Assembly: GCA_963703315.1 (NCBI GenBank)
Contig: OY969811.1
Location: 1 to 64,000 of the forward strand
Length of the DNA stretch: 64,000 nt
DNA from: an uncultured cyanobacterium
Lineage (GTDB): Bacteria > Cyanobacteriota > Cyanobacteriia > Pseudanabaenales > Pseudanabaenaceae
Direction: 5' to 3'
The notes under the pieces were generated by a model. That model saw nothing but the letters and a program-made list of their open reading frames with translations, ran no database searches and was not told the origin of the DNA. This document shows positions 30,609 through 38,881 of this stretch, piece by piece; positions within the stretch are counted from its first letter, which is position 1; each line of letters begins with the position of its first letter. Made by a program: the position numbers and the translations under genes.

Positions 30609-31946
30609 ATGAGTACATTCTCTCGTCGCAAGTTTTTAACTACCGCAGGGCTTTCTACCGTTAGCGCGATCGCTTTAAATGCCTGTACAGGTGGTGGAGG
30701 CGAAGCACCTAAAGCTGATACAAAGACTACCAGTGCAGCTAGTAAGTCTCCCGAATCAAAAGTTAGTGCTGCTGACGCTCCTGAAATCACCAAAGCCAAG
30801 CTTGGTTTTATCGCCCTCACGGATGCTGCCCCTTTGATTGTTGCGAAGGAGAAAGGACTATTTGCCAAATATGGCATGAAAGATGTCGAAGTCCTCAAAC
30901 AAGCTTCTTGGGGAACTACTCGCGATAACATTGCCCTTGGTTCTGATGCTGGAGGAATTGATGGTGCTCACATTTTGTCACCCATGCCTTACTTACTGAA
31001 CGAAGGTAAGATCACCAATGGCAAAAAAGTGCCGATGTATATCTTGGCAAGATTGAATACCAATGGTCAAGCCATTTCCATCGCTAATGAATTTAAAGAA
31101 CTCAAAATCGCTCTCAAAAGTGACTCTTTAAAAGAAAGCTTTGCCAAAACTAAAGCTAGTGGTAAGGATGTCAAGTGCGCCGTAACCTTCCCTGGGGGAA
31201 CCCATGATTTGTGGATGCGTTATTGGCTAGCAGCAAATGGAGTTGATCCTGATAAAGATGTCAGTACAATCGTTGTACCACCTCCACAAATGGTTGCGAA
31301 TATGAAGGCTGGAAATATGCAAGCCTTTTGTGTGGGTGAACCTTGGAATGCTCGTCTAGTCGCTCAGAATTCTGGCTATAGCGCTCTGATCACAGGTGAA
31401 CTTTGGAAAGATCATCCTGAGAAAGCTTTCTCTCTACGCGCAGATTGGGTTGATAAAAACCCGAAAGCTGCTAAGGCTTTGCTAGCAGCAGTTCTCGAAG
31501 CCCAAGTATGGTGTGAGCAAGCTGAGAATAAAGAAGAGATGTGTAAAATCATCGGTGCTGACAAGTGGTTGAAAGTTCCAGCCGCCGAGATTTTAGGCAG
31601 ACAACAAGGCAAGGTGGACTACGGTGATGGTCGTACTCTAGACAATCTCGACCTATCGATGAAGTTCTGGAAAGATAGTGCATCCTATCCATTCAAGAGC
31701 CATGATCTTTGGTTTGTGACTGAAGATATGCGTTGGGGCTATTTTGACGCAGATACTGATGCGAAGAAGTTGGTTGATAAGGTCAATCGTGAGGATTTGT
31801 GGAAAGAAGCCGCGAAGATGATTGGCAAAGAAGCAGATATTCCGAAGAGTTCTTCCCGTGGTATTGAGACTTTCTTTGATGGAGTCAAGTTCGATCCTGA
31901 AAATCCTAGTGAATACCTGAAGGGATTGAAAATCAAGAAAGCTTAA
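30609..31946 (+). CDS. nrtA: Nitrate/nitrite ABC transporter substrate-binding lipoprotein
   Basis: 'SRRKFL' plus lipobox 'LNAC'; 'GFIALTDAAPL', 'CVGEPWN', 'HPEK'; operon context. Confidence 0.92.
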   Translation: MSTFSRRKFLTTAGLSTVSAIALNACTGGGGEAPKADTKTTSAASKSPESKVSAADAPEITKAKLGFIALTDAAPLIVAKEKGLFAKYGMKDVEVLKQASWGTTRDNIALGSDAGGIDGAHILSPMPYLLNEGKITNGKKVPMYILARLNTNGQAISIANEFKELKIALKSDSLKESFAKTKASGKDVKCAVTFPGGTHDLWMRYWLAANGVDPDKDVSTIVVPPPQMVANMKAGNMQAFCVGEPWNARLVAQNSGYSALITGELWKDHPEKAFSLRADWVDKNPKAAKALLAAVLEAQVWCEQAENKEEMCKIIGADKWLKVPAAEILGRQQGKVDYGDGRTLDNLDLSMKFWKDSASYPFKSHDLWFVTEDMRWGYFDADTDAKKLVDKVNREDLWKEAAKMIGKEADIPKSSSRGIETFFDGVKFDPENPSEYLKGLKIKKA

Positions 31947-32028
31947 CTACAACCTAGATTTTGCTCAGCACAAGGGGCTTAAGCCCCTTGTCATCATACT
32001 CATCAATATCCATCAGGAGATCAAGAAA

Positions 32029-32958
32029 ATGGCGACAGGAAGCTTAAGTTCCAAATTTTCGGCTAACAAGATAGGTGAATGGTTTCAGCAGCAGGCTAGA
32101 TTTATTATCCCGCCCGTCATAGCTTTAATATTTATTTTAGGAACATGGCAAATTCTTTGCTCAGGCAAAACCCCACCATTGCCACCACCGACCAAAGTTT
32201 GGCAAGAGACTCAAGAATATATTTGGAATCCTTTCTTCGATCGCGATTATTTTGATGTCAGTGCAGCAGACAAAACTGATAGTCCTGCCCGTCAAGAGTT
32301 AAAGGAAAAACTCACCATCGAAAAAGGTTTGGGCATAAAAACGATGGTCAGCTTACGGCGTGTAGCGATCGGCTATACTGCTTCCGCGATTATTGGGATT
32401 TCCTTTGGCATTGCGATCGGTACAAACGTATTCCTCTATCGCGCCTTTGACCCGATTTTCCAAGTTTTACGCACGATTCCACCCCTTGCATGGCTACCGA
32501 TCGCCATGTCCGCATTCCAAGGTGTGAATGAATCCCTGAAATCCGTTGGTTTAGATGTTACAGAAGCCGCCGCTTTATTCGTAATTTTTGTAACTTCGAT
32601 TTGGCCGATTCTGATGAACACGGCAGTTGGGGTACAGCAAGTTCCCCAAGACTATCGCAACGTTTCGCGTGTATTACGTTTGAGCAAGTTTGATTACTTC
32701 ATTACGATCCTGATGCCCTCGGCAGCACCCTATATTTTCACAGGTTTACGGATTGCTGTGGGTCTATCTTGGTTAGCGATCGTGGCGGCAGAAATGTTGA
32801 CTGGTGGCGTAGGTATCGGCTTCTTTATTTGGGATAGTTACAACAGCCAAAAGAGCAGCGAATTAATTCTGGCGCTTGTGTACATTGGCTTAGTCGGATT
32901 TTTGCTAGATAAAGTTGTTTACTACGTCAGCAAATTAGTTGCTCAGTCGGATGCCTAA
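32029..32958 (+). CDS. nrtB: Nitrate ABC transporter permease
   Basis: 'PPLAWLPI', 'IWPILMNTAVGV', 'GLSWLAIVAAEM'. Confidence 0.92.
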   Translation: MATGSLSSKFSANKIGEWFQQQARFIIPPVIALIFILGTWQILCSGKTPPLPPPTKVWQETQEYIWNPFFDRDYFDVSAADKTDSPARQELKEKLTIEKGLGIKTMVSLRRVAIGYTASAIIGISFGIAIGTNVFLYRAFDPIFQVLRTIPPLAWLPIAMSAFQGVNESLKSVGLDVTEAAALFVIFVTSIWPILMNTAVGVQQVPQDYRNVSRVLRLSKFDYFITILMPSAAPYIFTGLRIAVGLSWLAIVAAEMLTGGVGIGFFIWDSYNSQKSSELILALVYIGLVGFLLDKVVYYVSKLVAQSDA

Positions 32959-32962
32959 ATCC

Positions 32963-32990
32963 GTAGGGTCAATTCATGAATTGCCCCTAC
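32963..32990. repeat. GTAG-type REP palindrome
   Basis: GTAGGGTCAATTCATGAATTGCCCCTAC. Confidence 0.8.
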
Positions 32991-33031
32991 AGAATGTAAT
33001 TCCTTTTTTGAACTTCACTCATTACTCTCCT

Positions 33032-33868
33032 ATGCAGACTCTCGATCTTACAGACAATCAGCAGAAAAGAAATCAAGACCCCTTTCTGGTCATGGACGGA
33101 GTTTCTAAGGTCTATCCAACACCTAACGGACCTTATACCGTTCTTCAAGATGTTAACTTGACGATCTATGAAGGAGAGTTTATCTGCATCATTGGTCACT
33201 CTGGCTGTGGTAAATCCACACTACTCAACATGGTGGCTGGTTTTAATAGACCGACATCTGGCGAAATTTGTTTGCGATCGAAGCCAATTGTGCGCCCAGG
33301 TCCCGATCGCATGGTGGTCTTCCAAAACTATTCGCTCTTGCCTTGGATGAGTGCCTTTGAGAATGTCTACCTTGCCGTGAAGCAGGTTTATACCGACAAA
33401 TCCAAGGAAGAGAAAATCGCGATCGCCAAGAAGAGTTTAGAGTTAGTTGGCTTAACCGAAGCCATGCATAAAAGACCGAAAGAACTCTCAGGCGGGATGC
33501 GTCAGAGGGTCTCGATCGCCCGCGCTTTATCGATCCGTCCTGAAGTGCTGATCCTTGACGAACCTTTCGGTGCATTGGATGTCATGACCCGTGAAGAATT
33601 GCAGGAAGAATTACTGGCAATCTGGCGTGAAAATCGAGTGACCGCCTTGATGATCACCCATGAAATCGATGAAGCACTGTTCCTTGCCGATCGCATTGTG
33701 ATGATGAGCAATGGTCCCGCCGCCAATATTGCCGAAGTGATCGATGTCCCCTTTGCCCGTCCCCGCAATCGTAAAGCGATCGCCGATGATCCTCGCTACT
33801 ACACTCTGCGTAACTACATTCTCGAATTTCTCTATAACCGCTTTGCGTTGGCAGATGAAGCTGATTGA
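33032..33868 (+). CDS. nrtD: Nitrate ABC transporter ATPase, short subunit
   Basis: Walker A 'GHSGCGKST', 'LSGGMRQR', no C-terminal domain; start moved past the REP element. Confidence 0.88.
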   Translation: MQTLDLTDNQQKRNQDPFLVMDGVSKVYPTPNGPYTVLQDVNLTIYEGEFICIIGHSGCGKSTLLNMVAGFNRPTSGEICLRSKPIVRPGPDRMVVFQNYSLLPWMSAFENVYLAVKQVYTDKSKEEKIAIAKKSLELVGLTEAMHKRPKELSGGMRQRVSIARALSIRPEVLILDEPFGALDVMTREELQEELLAIWRENRVTALMITHEIDEALFLADRIVMMSNGPAANIAEVIDVPFARPRNRKAIADDPRYYTLRNYILEFLYNRFALADEAD

Positions 33869-33870
33869 TA

Positions 33871-33961
33871 AATTACGAATTACGAATTACGAATTTCTAA
33901 TTTGTAATTTGTAATTCGTAATTCCTAATTTTTAATCCCCAATTACCAATCCCCAATTACC
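33871..33961. repeat. Heptameric short tandem repeats (STRR-like)
   Basis: (AATTACG)n followed by inverted (TTTGTAA/TTCGTAA)n and CCCCAAT/TACCAAT units. Confidence 0.8.
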
Positions 33962-35983
33962 ATGTCCAAATTCCTTGAAATCGATCACGTCAGTCGTATT
34001 TTCAAAACCCAGAATGGGAAGCCTTATGTTGCGGTTAAAGATGTCTACTTTGAGATGAAAGAAGGCGAGTTTGTCTCGATTATTGGACATTCTGGCTGTG
34101 GAAAATCAACGGTTCTGAATATCTTGTCTGGGCTGGATAAGGCAAGTGCGGGCGGTATTGTTTTAGAAGGGCGCGAAATTCGGGAACCAGGTCCTGATCG
34201 GATGTTGGTGTTTCAAAACCATTCGCTATTGCCTTGGTTAACAGTGCGTCAAAATATTGGTTTGGCAGTTAATCGGGTTTTGAGAGATTTGCCAAAGGAA
34301 GAACGCAACCGCATTATTCAGGAAAATATTGATCTGGTTGGTTTAAGTCATGCGGCTGATAAGTATCCTAGAGAGATTTCGGGCGGGATGAAGCAACGGG
34401 TAGGTATTGCTCGCGCTTTATCAATTAAGCCCAAAATTCTCTTGCTAGATGAACCCTTTGGCGCATTGGATGCCCTAACCAGAGGTCGTTTGCAAGAGAA
34501 GTTAATGCAGATCTGTAATGAGCATAAAATCTCGGCGGTAATGATTACCCATGATGTTGATGAAGCTCTGTTATTAAGCGATCGCATTGTGATGATGACC
34601 AATGGTCCCGAAGCCAAAATTGGTCAAGTCCTTACCGTCGATCTGCCCCATCCCCGCAAAAAACTAGAAGCAGTTAATCATCCTAATTACTATCGTCTGC
34701 GCGGTGAAGTTGTTAACTTTCTTGATCGCCAGAAGCAAATTAAGCTGGAGCGGGCTAGAAACAAGAGCAATGCTGCGATCAGTCTCGGCAATATCGAGAA
34801 GACCAATCTCACCATTGGCTATATTGCTCTTACCGATTGCGCTCCCTTTGCGATCGCTCAAGAAAAAGGTCTATTTGCTAAATATGGACTTGATGTTACG
34901 CTCTCCAAAGAAAATAGTTGGAATGATCTAGCAGAGGGAATTCGCGAAGGGCGTTTAGATGCCGCGCAAATGGTCACAGGTATGCCCCTTGCGATCACTT
35001 TAGGCATGGGAAATCAAATTCCTGTACCTGTAGTGACTTCCTTAACGTTAAGTCGCAATGGCAATGCGATTACCCTCGGTAAAAGGCTCCAAAATGAAGG
35101 TGTCCATGATCTCGCATCACTCAAAGCTTACATTTTAGAAAAATACCAAGATGCTTATAACCCTGCATTGGGGATGGTGCATCATGCCTCTATGCATAAT
35201 CTCCTATTGCGTCACTGGCTGGCTAGTGGTGGCATTGAACCCGACAAGGATGTGGATGTGATTGTGATTCCGCCGCCACAGATGGTCTCGAACCTGATGG
35301 CAAATAATATCATCGGTTACTGTGTTGGTGAACCTTGGAATGTCCGTGCGGTAAATGATAACGTCGGTTTCGTTGTCGCCACTGACCTTGATATTTGGCG
35401 TGGACATCCAGAAAAAGTCCTCGGAGTTCGCAAAGACTGGGCAGAACAATATCCCAATACTCACCTTGAAGTTGTGAAGGCATTGCTAGAAGCCTGTCAG
35501 TTCTGTGAACCCCTACAAAATCGCGATGAAGTCGTCTTGACTCTCGCCAAGCCCAATTATCTCAATCTCGATCCTGTGTACATTCGCCCTGGATTTGCAG
35601 GACCTTATCGAGTTAGCACTACAACCGCAAAATACGATCAAGATTTCTGCCAATTTGGCGTGAGTAATATGCCTTCACGCAAAGAGCATCTGTGGGTGTT
35701 AACGCAAATGGCGCGTTGGGGACTAGTTCATTTCCCCGAAAACTATGCTGAGGTAATCTATAATCTGCTTGCTACGGATGTGTATAACCAAGCCGCCAAA
35801 GAATTAGAATTACCTTACGAGCAAGAAGACAAGGAGCTAATTTTACTGGCAGATGGCTCTACCTTTGATCCAAGTGACCCGATCGCAGCATTGCAATCCA
35901 TGCCATACTCACGATTTACTGAGACTAGCTATTTTGATCCCGTTAAAGGTTTCGCCACCAAAAAAGTAGCTGTTCGCCAATAG
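33962..35983 (+). CDS. nrtC: Nitrate ABC transporter ATPase with C-terminal NrtA-like regulatory domain
   Basis: N-terminal ABC ATPase; C-terminal 'GYIALTDCAP...VGEPWN...HPEK'. Confidence 0.92.
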   Translation: MSKFLEIDHVSRIFKTQNGKPYVAVKDVYFEMKEGEFVSIIGHSGCGKSTVLNILSGLDKASAGGIVLEGREIREPGPDRMLVFQNHSLLPWLTVRQNIGLAVNRVLRDLPKEERNRIIQENIDLVGLSHAADKYPREISGGMKQRVGIARALSIKPKILLLDEPFGALDALTRGRLQEKLMQICNEHKISAVMITHDVDEALLLSDRIVMMTNGPEAKIGQVLTVDLPHPRKKLEAVNHPNYYRLRGEVVNFLDRQKQIKLERARNKSNAAISLGNIEKTNLTIGYIALTDCAPFAIAQEKGLFAKYGLDVTLSKENSWNDLAEGIREGRLDAAQMVTGMPLAITLGMGNQIPVPVVTSLTLSRNGNAITLGKRLQNEGVHDLASLKAYILEKYQDAYNPALGMVHHASMHNLLLRHWLASGGIEPDKDVDVIVIPPPQMVSNLMANNIIGYCVGEPWNVRAVNDNVGFVVATDLDIWRGHPEKVLGVRKDWAEQYPNTHLEVVKALLEACQFCEPLQNRDEVVLTLAKPNYLNLDPVYIRPGFAGPYRVSTTTAKYDQDFCQFGVSNMPSRKEHLWVLTQMARWGLVHFPENYAEVIYNLLATDVYNQAAKELELPYEQEDKELILLADGSTFDPSDPIAALQSMPYSRFTETSYFDPVKGFATKKVAVRQ

Positions 35984-35998
35984 CTAAACACTTTGTCT

Positions 35999-38170
35999 AT
36001 GTCTGCAACCACTTCTGTTTTAACCAATACCACACCTCAAATCGTCAAAACCCTTTGCCCCTACTGCGGTGTTGGTTGCGGTTTAGAAGTGGTGGAAACT
36101 ACTAAAGAACCCACGATCAAATTTCCCGATCGCTTTAAAGTCCGAGGCGATCGCGATCATCCTTCTAGTCAAGGCATGGTTTGTGTCAAAGGCGCAACCA
36201 TTGCCGAGTCTATTCAAAAAGATCGGCTCTTACATCCGATGATGCGCGATCGCCTCGATCAGGAATTTCGTCAAGTCAGTTGGGATGAGGCTCTTGAGAC
36301 GATTACGCAACGCATTCAGCAAGTGCTAGCCACCAAAGGTGCAGATGCTCTCTGTATGTATGGTTCGGGGCAGTTTCAAACCGAGGATTATTACACAGCC
36401 CAGAAATTATTTAAAGGTTGTTTAGGAACCAATAATTTTGATGCCAACTCCCGTCTCTGTATGTCTTCCGCCGTGTCAGGCTATGTTAAAAGTTTTGGCT
36501 CCGATGGACCTCCCTGCTGCTATGAAGATTTTGATTTAACTGATTGTCTGTTTGCGATCGGCACAAATACCGCCGAATGTCATCCGATTATTTTTAATCG
36601 CTTTCGCAAACGCCACAAAAAGAATCCCCATGTCAAGCTAATTGTCATTGATCCTCGGCGGACGCAAACTGCTGAGGTTGCCGACTTACACTTAGCGATT
36701 CAACCCGGCACTGATATTGATTTATTAAATGGCATTGCCCACCTGTTATTGAAATGGGAGAAATGCGATCGCCAATTCATCGAAAACCACACCACAGGCT
36801 TTAGCGAATTTACGGAAATCACCCAACTCTATACTCCCGAATTCGTGGCAAGACGCTGTGGAATTAGTGTAGAAGATTTGGAACTAGCCGCGAAATATTG
36901 GGCAGAATCGCAGCGAGTTCTCTCAATATGGTCAATGGGAGTCAATCAGTCCACTCAAGGCACTGCCAAAGTCCAATGTATTATTAATCTGCATTTACTT
37001 ACTGCTCAAATTGGCAAAGCAGGAACAGGCCCTTTTTCGCTCACTGGTCAGCCCAATGCAATGGGAGGCAGGGAAGCAGGAGGCTTAGCCCATTTATTAC
37101 CAGGCTATCGCTTTGTCACGAATCCTGAACATCGTGCGGAACTAGAAACATTTTGGAATTTGCCTACGGGACAAATTTCCTCTCAAGTTGGACGTACCGC
37201 ATGGGATATGGTGCGCGGTTTAGAAACCGATGAAGTGGATTTGCTTTGGATTGCCGCCACTAATCCTGCGGTTAGTTTTCCTGACTTAGTACGAACTAAA
37301 GCGGCATTGAGGCGATCGCCTTTTACCGTTTATCAAGATGCCTATTACCCGACCGAAACTTCTGAATTCGCCCATATCTTGCTACCAGCAACCCAATGGA
37401 GCGAGAAGACTGGCACAATGACTAATTCTGAGCGTTGCGTTACGCTCTGTCAATCCTTTCAGCCTCCCCTCGGTGAATCCCTTGCTGATTGGGAAATTTT
37501 TGCCGCAGTTGGACGTAGATTAGGTTTTGCTGACAAATTCCCGTTCCAAAACTCCGCCGAGGTCTATGCCGAATTTGTGCAGATAACTCGCGATCGCCCC
37601 TGTGATATGACAGGTATCAGCCACGCTAAACTCACACAATTAGGCGCGATGCAATGGCAAGCTTCCGATCAACATCCTGAGCAAGATCAGGTTCACGATA
37701 AGCGTCTCTACACGGATTTACAGTTCTATACCCCTGACCGCAAAGCCAGATTTGGTATTTATCATTCCCAAGGTGTATTTGAAGTTCCCGATGAGCAGTA
37801 TCCATTTATTCTCACTACTGGCAGACTATACGGACATTGGCATACGCAAACTCGCACAGGTAGAATTGACAAGATTCGGCAAATGTATCCCAATCCATTT
37901 ATCGAAATCCATCCCAAGGATGCACATAAATTTGGTATTAATAACGGTGATCTAGTAGAAGTAAAGTCACGTCGCGGTTCTTCTAAGTTTCCTGCATTGG
38001 TGACGGAAGCGATCGCGCGAGGTGTATTATTTGTACCGATGCACTGGGGCGCACTCTGGGCAGACAATGCCGAAGCTAATGCCCTCACTCATCCTGAAGC
38101 TTGTCCCGACTCCAAGCAGCCAGAGTTAAAGGCTTGTGCAGTGGCGATCGCTCTAGTTAATTTGCATTAG
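35999..38170 (+). CDS. narB: Ferredoxin-nitrate reductase (Mo-bis-MGD)
   Basis: 'CPYCGVGCG', 'NSRLCMSSA', '[10 protein letters not shown]', 'SKQPELK'. Confidence 0.96.
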   Translation: MSATTSVLTNTTPQIVKTLCPYCGVGCGLEVVETTKEPTIKFPDRFKVRGDRDHPSSQGMVCVKGATIAESIQKDRLLHPMMRDRLDQEFRQVSWDEALETITQRIQQVLATKGADALCMYGSGQFQTEDYYTAQKLFKGCLGTNNFDANSRLCMSSAVSGYVKSFGSDGPPCCYEDFDLTDCLFAIGTNTAECHPIIFNRFRKRHKKNPHVKLIVIDPRRTQTAEVADLHLAIQPGTDIDLLNGIAHLLLKWEKCDRQFIENHTTGFSEFTEITQLYTPEFVARRCGISVEDLELAAKYWAESQRVLSIWSMGVNQSTQGTAKVQCIINLHLLTAQIGKAGTGPFSLTGQPNAMGGREAGGLAHLLPGYRFVTNPEHRAELETFWNLPTGQISSQVGRTAWDMVRGLETDEVDLLWIAATNPAVSFPDLVRTKAALRRSPFTVYQDAYYPTETSEFAHILLPATQWSEKTGTMTNSERCVTLCQSFQPPLGESLADWEIFAAVGRRLGFADKFPFQNSAEVYAEFVQITRDRPCDMTGISHAKLTQLGAMQWQASDQHPEQDQVHDKRLYTDLQFYTPDRKARFGIYHSQGVFEVPDEQYPFILTTGRLYGHWHTQTRTGRIDKIRQMYPNPFIEIHPKDAHKFGINNGDLVEVKSRRGSSKFPALVTEAIARGVLFVPMHWGALWADNAEANALTHPEACPDSKQPELKACAVAIALVNLH

Positions 38171-38386
38171 GAGAGAAGCTCTTGGTGTTTGTTATACAGT
38201 GCCACAATTAGCCGCATTGATGGTTGATTGTCAAAATCATGGCGATCTCCTTGATTTTGGCAGATAGTGAATACGCGATCGCTAAAATCCTCGATTCACA
38301 AAATAGTGGTAAAACTGCAACATTTTACTTTTTGGGTGAAATTTGCCATAATTAATTAAAACTTGCTAAATAATTAGTGAATTTAT

Positions 38387-38881
38387 ATGTCTTCTAAAGA
38401 TCTTGAGATGCTTGAGAAAAACATAGAGAGGTTACGTGAACAAATAGCGGGGGTGCAAGAAGCGCTGGTACTAGCTGAAAGACTTGACAAGCCCAGAATT
38501 AAGCAAGTAATTGGTAAATTACGTGAGGAACTTCTTGATTTTGAGCAGGAAAAGTGGAATCTGATTGCTGAGGTTACATCAGATGCAGAGATCGCTAATG
38601 ATGAAGCTGAGAACATCGTAGCGGAACTTGTGGCAAAAGCGACTAATCCTCCTGATGACGCTTCAACAGAAGTTTTGGCATTATTGCAACAAATCCTGAC
38701 GAAGATTAACGAACAAGATAAAACGGCGGCGGCAAAGTTAAAGGGGGCAATTTCACTTTTACCACCTTTTGTATCGCTGGTCTTTGAGACAGAAATGGAT
38801 ACAGAGAATACAGTTAAGAAATATTTTCCGACCTTTAGCCGTTGGATAAAAAAGGAGGCAGTAGGTCGCCTAAAAAAGTAG
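38387..38881 (+). CDS. Helical hypothetical protein; probable N-terminal module / short isoform of the downstream NLR-like protein
   Basis: 164 aa ORF ending at CTA AAA AAG TAG and overlapping the next ORF in the -1 frame. Confidence 0.75.
   Translation: MSSKDLEMLEKNIERLREQIAGVQEALVLAERLDKPRIKQVIGKLREELLDFEQEKWNLIAEVTSDAEIANDEAENIVAELVAKATNPPDDASTEVLALLQQILTKINEQDKTAAAKLKGAISLLPPFVSLVFETEMDTENTVKKYFPTFSRWIKKEAVGRLKK

Noticed and set aside
32939..33031. N-terminal extension of nrtD in the ORF track
   Set aside because: Reads through the nrtB end and a REP palindrome; ATG 33032 is the more plausible start
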